Shown here: piece by piece, positions 28,605 to 42,039 of the stretch | Numbering within the stretch: the stretch's first letter is position 1 | How the letters are laid out: each line of letters starts with the position of its first letter | From: an uncultured Verrucomicrobiae bacterium | Lineage (GTDB): Bacteria; Chlamydiota; Chlamydiia; Chlamydiales; Rhabdochlamydiaceae | DNA: 42,039 nt | Assembly (NCBI GenBank): GCA_963813135.1 | Contig: CAWEXY010000007.1 | Coordinates: 1-42,039 of the forward strand | Reading direction: 5' to 3' | Translations under genes and position numbers: made by a program | The notes under the pieces: model-generated | The model's database searches: none | What the model was told of the DNA's origin: nothing | The model's input: only the letters and a program-made list of their open reading frames with translations

Positions 28605-29527
28605 AACTTGCCCACCATCTTTAAAAAGTAATCTTCGAGGGTCGGCTGGATCACTTTGATATTGGTATAAGAGACGCCGGCGTGGGCCAGGTCTGAAAGA
28701 AGCCGGGCAATGTGCGTCTCATCGAGCTGAACCTCGATCATCCGGTGCTCGACCTTGTAAGGGAATTTGAGCTTCTCAACGACAGCAATGGTCCGTTTCA
28801 TGCCGTCGCCGACGAGGAGCTGGATGCTGCAACTAGAGACGCTGTAGGCAAGCTTTTCAGGCAGGTCATCGGCGATGATTTTGCCCTTTTGCATGAAGAG
28901 GACGCGGTCGCAGAGTTCGGCCACTTCATCCATCTTGTGGGAAGTGAAGAGGACGGCTGTCCCCTCTTTATCGCGCTGCTCTAAAATGAACTGGCAGACG
29001 TCTTGGGCGACATCGGGATCGAGAGAGGCTGTCGGCTCGTCGAGGAGAACGATCTGGGGACGCGTGAGGTAAGCCTTGATGATCATCAATCGGGTGGTCT
29101 GCCCGGCGGAAAGCTGGGTCACCATGGCATTTCTTTTTTCGCTGATCCCAAATCTCTCTAGAAGAGGATTGGCCCGTCGGAAGATCTCGGCCTTCGATAG
29201 TCCGTACAGCCGGCCAAACACTTCGAGATTTTGGGCAAGGGTCAGCTTCCAGGGCAAGCTCACATAAGCGCTGGCAAAAGACACCTGTTGGAGGGCTTCG
29301 CTGCGATGCTTCCTCAGCTCCTTGCCAAAATAGAGTATTTCGCCGCCGGTGTACGTCAGTGTGCTGAGCAGCATCTGGATCGTCGTCGTTTTACCCGCGC
29401 CATTCGCTCCGAGAAGGCCTAAAATTTCTCCGCCGCTGAGCTCAAAAGAGATCCCGTCCACCGCGACAAACGGAGGTTTTCCGGGATAGACCTTGCGCAA
29501 ATTGCGAACGGACAGAAGTGTGGGCAT
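28601..29527 (-). CDS. ABC-2 type exporter ATPase
   Basis: GANGAGKTT, LSAGQ, LLDEPT, TSH, PTLEDYF. Confidence 0.93.
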   Translation of the reverse strand: MPTLLSVRNLRKVYPGKPPFVAVDGISFELSGGEILGLLGANGAGKTTTIQMLLSTLTYTGGEILYFGKELRKHRSEALQQVSFASAYVSLPWKLTLAQNLEVFGRLYGLSKAEIFRRANPLLERFGISEKRNAMVTQLSAGQTTRLMIIKAYLTRPQIVLLDEPTASLDPDVAQDVCQFILEQRDKEGTAVLFTSHKMDEVAELCDRVLFMQKGKIIADDLPEKLAYSVSSCSIQLLVGDGMKRTIAVVEKLKFPYKVEHRMIEVQLDETHIARLLSDLAHAGVSYTNIKVIQPTLEDYFLKMVGKL

Positions 29528-29675
29528 AAGAACAGAGTCTACACCATTGGGGCATAAATCGCCTATGACGTTCTATATCATTTCTAGACAGAAATAAATC
29601 ATTTGATCAAAATGCTCTTCTCTTGAACGAGTAAGCAGGGCAAACCAGAAGATCACTTAACTCAAGGAGGTTCCA

Positions 29676-30134
29676 ATGTCAAAAGAGATGCAACTCGCTC
29701 GCTTTTTTTCAACAGCAGCTATCGGCGCGTTTGCCGGATGGGGTGTTGGAAAGTTGTACCCTTACCTTAATCCAGCTTTTCGGATGGACCCTCGCGCCAT
29801 AGCCATCACGGCTGGGATCGGGGCTCTATTTTATGCAGGGAGCCATCTACCAGCTTTGAAAATATGCTTTGAAGGTAATAAAGACGACTCTGATCCTAGA
29901 CAATTATTTGGACCGGCAAAAACAAGAAAATGGATCTATGATACTCTACATGGGGCTGTAACAGGTGTTGCTACGGGCGTGGCTTACGGCATTCTTAAAT
30001 ATTCTAAATTCAATTCCACAGTTGGCCAGACGATGGCCGGAGTCTTTATTGGGTTTGGAGCCAAGCTGGTTGTAGATCTTTTCTACTTGCCATCCAAAGA
30101 TACAAATTCAGGTTCTCTGGAGAATTTAGACTGA
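29676..30134 (+). CDS. hypothetical Gly-rich membrane protein
   Basis: AAGGAGG SD; four G/A-rich hydrophobic segments in two pairs. Confidence 0.75.
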   Translation: MSKEMQLARFFSTAAIGAFAGWGVGKLYPYLNPAFRMDPRAIAITAGIGALFYAGSHLPALKICFEGNKDDSDPRQLFGPAKTRKWIYDTLHGAVTGVATGVAYGILKYSKFNSTVGQTMAGVFIGFGAKLVVDLFYLPSKDTNSGSLENLD

Positions 30135-30185
30135 GTAAAGATCAACGCGACTAAAATCAGCACAGAGATAGGCTCTTAGTTTTTC

Positions 30186-30215
30186 GACCATTTTGTCGAC
30201 GCCGACAAAATGGTC
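30186..30215. terminator. hairpin between convergent genes (likely terminator)
   Basis: perfect 13-bp stem GACCATTTTGTCG-ACGC-CGACAAAATGGTC; weak U-tract. Confidence 0.55.
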
Positions 30216-30216
30216 T

Positions 30217-30579
30217 TTATCCATTTATTTTTTGGAAATGGAATAAATTCACGGCCTCTGCACAGAGATATGCTCCAAAGATCACCGTCATGACTTGTGT
30301 GGACGTTATGTTATTACCCGAAGCATTGAGGACTTTCCACGCACCGTAGGCGCTTATTCCCAACGTTGTAGAAGAAACCGTTTTCTCGATGAGAAAATAA
30401 TATCGGTTATTAGGAATGGGTAGGAGGACGAGGTTCGTAATACGCCGAGCAATGCCGGCCACAGTCCAGCTATAAGCTAGTCCAAACGCCGGGTGCATGT
30501 GAGGAACGGCGAAGCGAGTAATTAAGGCAGCGGCCCCGAGATAGGCGGTGTAGCCGGTCCAATTTGCCGTCGCTGCCAT
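30217..30579 (-). CDS. hypothetical membrane protein
   Basis: 120 aa, hydrophobic; TAATG coupling to the upstream gene. Confidence 0.7.
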   Translation of the reverse strand: MAATANWTGYTAYLGAAALITRFAVPHMHPAFGLAYSWTVAGIARRITNLVLLPIPNNRYYFLIEKTVSSTTLGISAYGAWKVLNASGNNITSTQVMTVIFGAYLCAEAVNLFHFQKING

Positions 30580-31447
30580 TACTTATCTTGAAGCTGGGGG
30601 TGGTTGTTTGCTATCCACTTGTCAAATTTATTGCGCATGGAAGCAGCCCTGTCCTGTGTGGCCTGTAGAGGGTCTATCCGCAGATAGCCAATATCGAACT
30701 GGATCACCTTGCCGTCCAAGACTCCAAAGTTCTTTCGAAGGATAGGATCATGATCGACAACTCCTTTTCGAGCAAAATAATCGACGAGTGAATAAAAAGA
30801 AGTCATCACTTCTTTTGCTTTTTCAGGATTGTTTTGTTGGACTAATTCGGAAATATAAGGATAAAGAAGATCGGCCTTCCTCTGAATGGAAAAACTGGCT
30901 TTGTCCATGTCTATCGGATGCTTTTTTCCCCTTTTATCGTAAAACAGAGCGGTTTTTTTGAGATCATGGGTTCGATTGAGATGTACGTAAAGCAATCCTG
31001 TCTCTTCCTTAAACTCGGTATAAGCAATTTTCAGCGCATGGAACGTCCTTCGACGCTTATCTTGAAATGATAGATACTGTTGGCGGAAAGGAGGAAAGGG
31101 AAGATAGGCCAGCCATGTCCGAGGAGAAATCTTTTGCTGCTTGAGAAATTTAACGACATGCTTTCCGTCTTCCGAAAGAAAAACGTAGGTTTGCCCTCCT
31201 CTCGCAAAATAGGTGAATTTTTGGCTTAAGATGCGGTCTAATTCTTGCTGTTCTTCCTTGGAAGGAGCAGGCAATTCCCATTCGGGCGAATGGTGATAGG
31301 TGACGACCTTTAAAGATCTGAATTTTGTTCCTTTCGGATGGCAAATATGATCCGCAACGAAAAATACTCCTACCAAAAATAGCAAAATAAAAAAGCGCAT
31401 AGGAGCTTTACTCCTTTGCGCTTTTGGGTTAAAAATCCTTTTTTCCA

Positions 31448-31448
<1 letters not shown>
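30579..31448 (-). CDS. membrane-anchored protein-kinase-like-fold protein
   Basis: TM, then RGGQTYVF, VVKF, DHDPILRKNF, FDIG in kinase order; alternative start at 31400. Confidence 0.7.
31391..31438. repeat. short palindromic repeat, degenerate copy 3
   Basis: CCTTTGCGCTTTTGGGTTAAAAATCC resembles the right arm of copies 1/2; hairpin AAAAGCGCATAGGAG/CTCCTTTGCGCTTTT. Confidence 0.65.
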
Positions 31449-37415
<5,967 letters not shown>

Positions 37416-37512
37416 TTTCGTGGGTCTTTTCTTTTTGCTTTGTTTGCTTCTGAAATTCTCCGTTTCATATTTCTCCGCGTGGGTGCGGCGACCTCCTTGG
37501 CAATTTTCGAAA

Positions 37513-39313
37513 CTAATACCCGCGACGGCGGAGGCCGGGCGGAAGAATCGACATCATCCTCTGCATCGCTTGCTCACGCGGATGTCATTGGGCGTGCTGT
37601 GTGGCTCGGGTGGTGGGTCGTTGCGGCGGTCATACTGACGGGCCGTTGTCCAATGGCTTGCGCCGTCGCCGAACATGCGGTCGTGATGCGCGTCTGAGGA
37701 GTTGCCGCGTTTCGCATGGCTGTCCAATTCGTGCTCCGTCTCTGCGCTTGGTTTTCGATTTCTTAGCTTCGGCAGTCCAAATCCGGTACACCTGTGCGAC
37801 TTGGGCGATTGCGTCGGCTCTGTCGTCCTTCTTGCTCGCGTTGCTCTTGGTACCGTCCAGTCTCTGCAACTCGGCAAACAACGCATCCAAGTAAGCGCCG
37901 CTCGCGAATTTCAAACGTCCTTGCTCCAGCAAATATTGGAGGTCCTTGATTCGCAAAATTTTGGCGTTCTTGACGTTCGTCGGGGGCACGAAATAGACCG
38001 GGACTTGGCATTCGGACTTCGCTCCCGCCATCTGGATTTGCGTGCGAAGGTTGTCAGCAGTCGGCCCTTTCTCAATCAACACGTTTCGCAAACCTTGGCT
38101 TTGATACTGGCGAGTAATCATAACCAGTTTCGTTGCCAATTCCGAGCCGCGCATTCTGTCCGCCTCGATGTCCAAGACGCACATGCATTTTTCACCAGCC
38201 GCGTTATCGTAAATGCGGACTGCCGCCACCGATGTAAGGTCAGCCTTAGCGTTCAGGGAGTAGGCCACATCGACGGAAAGGACTGTTTCCCCTTGCGGTA
38301 CTGCACTCTTCGAAACGATGGCACTTGCCAACAAGTCCGGGTCGAATTGAATCTTTATGCCTTCATCCTCCGGCGGCAACCAACTGCACAAGTGTTGCTG
38401 TCGGAAGTTGCGGACGTTTTCTTTAAGTTCTTTGTAGAGCACCTTGAACGTAAGGTGAGCAGGAAACAGCAAGTCAACTTCGTCGGGCGTAAGTGTCGGG
38501 TCGTACGGCAGCTTGCCGACGCCCGGCTTTACAGTCCAGCACGGATCGATTGTGAACAACATTTGAGGCGGTTCGCCTGATTCACGTCGTTCTTTTTCAC
38601 GAGCGAGTAGCGCAGTGTAAAGGTCTCCGGGGTCTTCCTCCGAACCATCACCTTGACTGGTCGGCGTGCCTACGAATATCTGTGCCGAGTACGGTTCGCC
38701 CAATTCCCGAATCAGGTCAACTTTTTGCAAGGTCTTCTGAGCGCATTTCCGGCGTGCTGCTGTTGTTGATTTCCGCGATGTCTTCCCCAGCCAGATAATC
38801 AAAACGTTCACCAGCCAGACCTTCGGTATCCACGGACGCCACGAAGAATGTCGGTTGGATACTGTCCAAGCGGCGCATGGGTGACGTGAATGATGTCTTT
38901 GCGCCTTCCTCGCCGGGCCACAGTCATATATTCCGGGTACAACTGGGCGAAGAGACTCATGTCGTGCGGCTTCGCCAACCAGAAAGCTTCTGAAAGCTCG
39001 CAGGAAGCCCTTCGAGAGATGGTTTGGTGGCTGATACGCAAAGCGAGCGTATGCGTCGGAAAAGTTAAAACCCAAGATATTTCGTCCAATAGGTTTGTCG
39101 TGCTCTTAAAGCTTCCTCGACTAGAAACCAAAAGTCGTTGTCGAACTTCCGATTGTCGCAGCGAACGCTTTCTTGTAACGCAGGTAGGTCGTAGTTCTCT
39201 GGCAGCAGGTCAGGATTCTTCTGAATGTACACGTCGCGGAACCAGCGTTGGTGCGGCTCCGGTTTCAAGTCTTCCATGCCCTTGAGTACTTGGCAACCAA
39301 AATTAACGGTCAA
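37513..39313 (-). CDS. terminase large subunit, multiply frameshifted
   Basis: Walker A-like [11 protein letters not shown] (ORF 38808-39131); FVGTP; nuclease motifs [24 protein letters not shown] (ORF 37630-39075); boundaries approximate. Confidence 0.75.
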
Positions 39314-39857
39314 CCATCCCCATGCGGCGGAACTCTTGAATTTTCAAAGTCCCAATGGTGCCGTCGGCTTGCATGCGCCACGACATCGAGTAGTCCCATA
39401 TCGCCCACTGTTCGTGAAGTCGCGTGCGCTGGCCCGGCTCCCAGACGTCCGGGGCTGGGGTGAGCGTTCGGTGTGCCGTTTTGTTCTTGCTAGCGTGTTT
39501 TGCAATCCTGCGGAGAAACAGATGGGCGTTGAACGGCAGTTTTAGATCTCGCGAGGCAATACGGGCAGAGTCGGCGCAGACTTCGATGACGCGGGGATGG
39601 CGCAGGCCACGTTCGTGAAGTAGTGGGATGGCTTCAGTCGTCGTCCACTTCGACCTCGGATTCAGGTTTCTTGCTGTCCTTCTCCGATTTCTTCGCAGCC
39701 TTCTCTCGGGAACGTTGCTTCGCAGCCTTGTTGTATTCGCGCACCTCGGATTCCGACATATTCTTCTTACTCTTTTTCGCCGCAGCGTTGGCTGCTGCGC
39801 CTCCAACACTTGTGGCGTCCCGCCAATTACTGGCGGCGTTCCATCCTGATTTTCCAT
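39303..39857 (-). CDS. hypothetical protein upstream of, or fused to, the terminase; frameshifted
   Basis: AAGGA SD + MENQDGTPP; basic helical segment SKKNMSESEVREYNKAAKQRSREK lies in another frame. Confidence 0.5.
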   Translation of the reverse strand: MENQDGTPPVIGGTPQVLEAQQPTLRRKRVRRICRNPRCANTTRLRSNVPERRLRRNRRRTARNLNPRSKWTTTEAIPLLHERGLRHPRVIEVCADSARIASRDLKLPFNAHLFLRRIAKHASKNKTAHRTLTPAPDVWEPGQRTRLHEQWAIWDYSMSWRMQADGTIGTLKIQEFRRMGMVDR

Positions 39858-39865
39858 TTTTATCC

Positions 39866-39894
39866 TTGATTGACGTATGCACTGAACGCATACT
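39866..39894 (+). promoter_or_regulatory. putative promoter with overlapping operator for the RHH gene
   Basis: TTGATT-17-CATACT ending 6 nt before ATG 39901; inverted repeat GTATGC-N7-GCATAC 39875-39893. Confidence 0.45.
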
Positions 39895-39900
39895 TGTACT

Positions 39901-40035
39901 ATGAAGAGAACAACTGTATTTCTAACCGAAGAGCAAATACGGCGATTGCGAAAAGCTGCCAAGCACAAAGGGCTGGACGTTGCTCAACTCATCCGTCTCT
40001 ACGTCTCTGCCGGGCTGGATAAGGAGAAGCCGTGA
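39901..40035 (+). CDS. CopG-like ribbon-helix-helix protein (44 aa, absent from the ORF track)
   Basis: MKRTTVFLTEEQIRRLRKAAKHKGLDVAQLIRLYVSAGLDKEKP*. Confidence 0.8.
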   Translation: MKRTTVFLTEEQIRRLRKAAKHKGLDVAQLIRLYVSAGLDKEKP

Positions 40036-40403
40036 GCAAATCCGAAGACTGGACGGTGCTCCCACTCGGGCCTGTTGCGGAAGGTACAATTGTTGAGTGT
40101 CCATATTGCGGGAGGCATGCGCTGCTCGTTGAATACCACAAGATTCCGTTTTACAACCACAGGCTGGGGGCATTCCCTGTTGGAAGCGAAGTACAAATTA
40201 TTGAGAACTCTGCCCTCAGACTCCTTGAGCAATCTGCGAAGCGAGGCAACCGGGAGTGCCGAGACCGATCTTCCGTTGCTGTCCACGATGCCTAGGGCCG
40301 TCTCTTTTGTCGTCGCTAGGTACTTTTGCAGTCCCTCTGCATTGAATTCGTAACGCTTCTTGCCATCTTCCAATCGGAACGACAGCGGTTTTGGTGCCTG
40401 CAT
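39999..40403 (-). CDS. hypothetical protein
   Basis: GAGGAG SD + MQAPKPLSFRLEDGKKRYEF; 3' part overlaps opposite-strand genes, so the true end is likely earlier. Confidence 0.45.
   Translation of the reverse strand: MQAPKPLSFRLEDGKKRYEFNAEGLQKYLATTKETALGIVDSNGRSVSALPVASLRRLLKESEGRVLNNLYFASNRECPQPVVVKRNLVVFNEQRMPPAIWTLNNCTFRNRPEWEHRPVFGFAHGFSLSSPAET
40032..40295 (+). CDS. small hypothetical protein with CxxC
   Basis: GTGA overlap with the RHH gene, AAGGAG SD, CPYCG; 3' end uncertain. Confidence 0.5.
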   Translation: MSKSEDWTVLPLGPVAEGTIVECPYCGRHALLVEYHKIPFYNHRLGAFPVGSEVQIIENSALRLLEQSAKRGNRECRDRSSVAVHDA

Positions 40404-40413
40404 GTTGTCTCCT

Positions 40414-40566
40414 CTATGCTGCGTCTAAACTTTTGCGGATTTCAAAGATATTTGAAGTCCGTAGGCTGCTCGGTCTGGTTGCCAATTGGGGAAGTCCTGC
40501 GGTGCTGTTTGCGAGCAATATATGTCTCGGTTTGTTTCTCGAATTGATTTTCTTGGTTGCTATCAT
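40414..40566 (-). CDS. small hypothetical protein
   Basis: AGGAG SD + MIATKKINSR; stop directly precedes the next SD. Confidence 0.35.
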   Translation of the reverse strand: MIATKKINSRNKPRHILLANSTAGLPQLATRPSSLRTSNIFEIRKSLDAA

Positions 40567-41034
40567 GAGTCTCCTGAAACTAGGGACGGCTTCGCAACGA
40601 GCCTCGTCATAAAGCCGTCCGCCCAACGGGGGTTGGGGGAATCTAAAACTTTTGGTACCGGGTGTATGGGACCCACGCGAAAACTTTGGGGGTGGGGTCC
40701 AAAAAACCCCCTACCCCCTTTTGGGGTGGGAAAAATGGGTCCCCTATTTCCGCAAAGTTTTTCGTCAACCGGGTGGGGGTTTGCTTTTGTGCCACGTTTA
40801 CGTCCGCTGGGCTTGATGGGTGGGTGGGGCAACCACGCCCGGCCCTTCTTCGATTTTGGAAAATGGGACCCAAAAATCCCCTGAAAAACTTTTTGAGGAG
40901 AAAATATTTGCCTCGTTTCCCCTCCCGTTGCGGGAACATTTCAGGGAGCACGTCGGTTGCGATTGCATTTGCGAAACTGCGCGGATTGCACGTTTTATTG
41001 CAGGCAGGTGGGTAATGCGTTGCCTTGCTTCACG

Positions 41035-41541
41035 TTAACGTAGTGCGCGAATTGCTTTGCTCACCAGCACGTCGATGATGCGCTCATTTGTTATGTTGCG
41101 CTCTTGCTGGCCTTCGCCTTCCACCAGATACGGATTCTGTCCGTTCATTCGTACTTCGATTGCGTGATTCAGTGCCACGAGTGTCGTGCTCTTGAATCGC
41201 ACTGTGTACTTCGATGCGTTGAACGTGGCACCGACCTCACCATCGCGGTCGATGCGGCTGATGTGCGTCTTGTTGTCTTCTACGGACAACACAAATACCT
41301 TGCCGACGTTCTCGTGGTTGTTGCACTCGTTCACGCTCTCCGCGATGCGCTTGTTAATCTCGGCTTGTAGTGCCCCGAATCGCTGCGCCTGCGTTGCGCG
41401 TTTCGCTAGTTGCAAAGCCTCGTTCGTGCGGCCTTGTTCATTGGTTGCTGCGATGAAGTCTGCGTCTGACTGCTTGTCCATGCTGTCCTGCTTTCCTCGG
41501 CCATCACGACCGAAATGCAATTCGAACTTGATGTGGAACAT
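41035..41541 (-). CDS. hypothetical protein
   Basis: 168-aa ORF with GGGGAG SD. Confidence 0.6.
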   Translation of the reverse strand: MFHIKFELHFGRDGRGKQDSMDKQSDADFIAATNEQGRTNEALQLAKRATQAQRFGALQAEINKRIAESVNECNNHENVGKVFVLSVEDNKTHISRIDRDGEVGATFNASKYTVRFKSTTLVALNHAIEVRMNGQNPYLVEGEGQQERNITNERIIDVLVSKAIRALR

Positions 41542-41581
41542 GTCTCCCCTCTTGTGCTAGCGAGGAGACGGTGGCTCCTTG

Positions 41582-41745
41582 CTACCTCTTTTTCTTTAGC
41601 AGTTCTTGATAGGCTGCAATCGCCCTGCGTATGATTTCGCCCATTGGTGCCCCGGTGGCGGCTGACTGCTCATCCAACCACTTGCGTTGTGCCTCGTCAG
41701 TCATGAAGACGATGCGCTGGTCCTGCCTTTATCCTTTGCGGCCAT
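41582..41745 (-). CDS. second RHH-like protein (1-nt deletion near codon 10)
   Basis: GAGGTG SD; MAAKDKGRT-x-RIVFMTDEAQRKWLDEQSAATGAPMGEIIRRAIAAYQELLKKKR*; span is 164 nt. Confidence 0.65.
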
Positions 41746-41762
41746 GTTTCACCTCTGGGCAG

Positions 41763-41884
41763 AGTCTAGCATCGTTGTACAACCATCGTCAAGGTTGTTC
41801 AAGTCACATGCTTTCAACACATTGTTCCCTTTTCTTTTTTCGTTACAGATTCCGCTTGACAACCTTGCACAACTATGTCAAACT
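41763..41884. promoter_or_regulatory. divergent promoter pair with a shared operator-like motif
   Basis: minus: TTGACG-18-TAGACT (41792-41763); plus: TTGACA-17-CAAACT (41856-41884); both spacers contain TTGYACAAC. Confidence 0.55.
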
Positions 41885-41906
41885 CTGTTCATATCAAGGA
41901 GACGCC

Positions 41907-42039
41907 ATGGAATACTTCAACACCCTGAAATCAAAGCCCTTCTGAAAGCCAGCTATGCATACGGTAATCGCGAAGCCCATCTGGCCTTGCTGACGATGTA
42001 CGCCACAGGCGCACGCGTCAGCCAAATCGTTGGCGACCA
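41907..42039 (+). CDS. tyrosine recombinase, 5' part (frameshifted, runs off the window)
   Basis: AAGGAG SD + ATG; EIKALLKASYAYGNREAHLALLTMYATGARVSQIVG matches the box I L.Y.TG.R.SE pattern. Confidence 0.7.

Larger units (their letters stand above)
37416..42039. mobile_element. phage/satellite-like segment, probably from another replicon
   Basis: terminase fragments, two RHH genes, tyrosine recombinase start; abrupt join inside rpoB; dense indels. Confidence 0.7.

Noticed and set aside
40486..41038. G/P/K/F-rich ORFs
   Set aside because: Translations of homopolymer runs

Overview
Bases 1-37415 look like the chromosome of an environmental chlamydia (phylum Chlamydiota). The neighbourhoods ssb-pepA, trxB/acpS, fabH-fabD-fabG-acpP and rpoB-rpoC near tal match chlamydial gene order; potABCD, lgt, an ABC-2 exporter and several orphan membrane or effector-like genes are also present. 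At 37415/37416 rpoB is cut mid-gene and joined to a 4.6-kb, indel-rich, phage- or satellite-like segment (terminase, two unannotated RHH regulators, start of a tyrosine recombinase); this is most likely a chimeric join. rpoC carries five single-base frameshifts, pointing to noisy sequence in the right third. The main unexplained structure is a ~570-bp nested palindrome (6650-7220) upstream of ssb: identical 20-nt REP-like hairpins at both ends, a full-length fold-back, and arms that can also fold on themselves. Also notable are a three-copy short palindrome family, an internally deleted lysE relic bracketing an AT-rich SEL1/TPR-cupin gene, and a membrane-anchored kinase-like protein coupled to rpoC. 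All calls come from reading the sequence by eye; no searches or folding programs were run.
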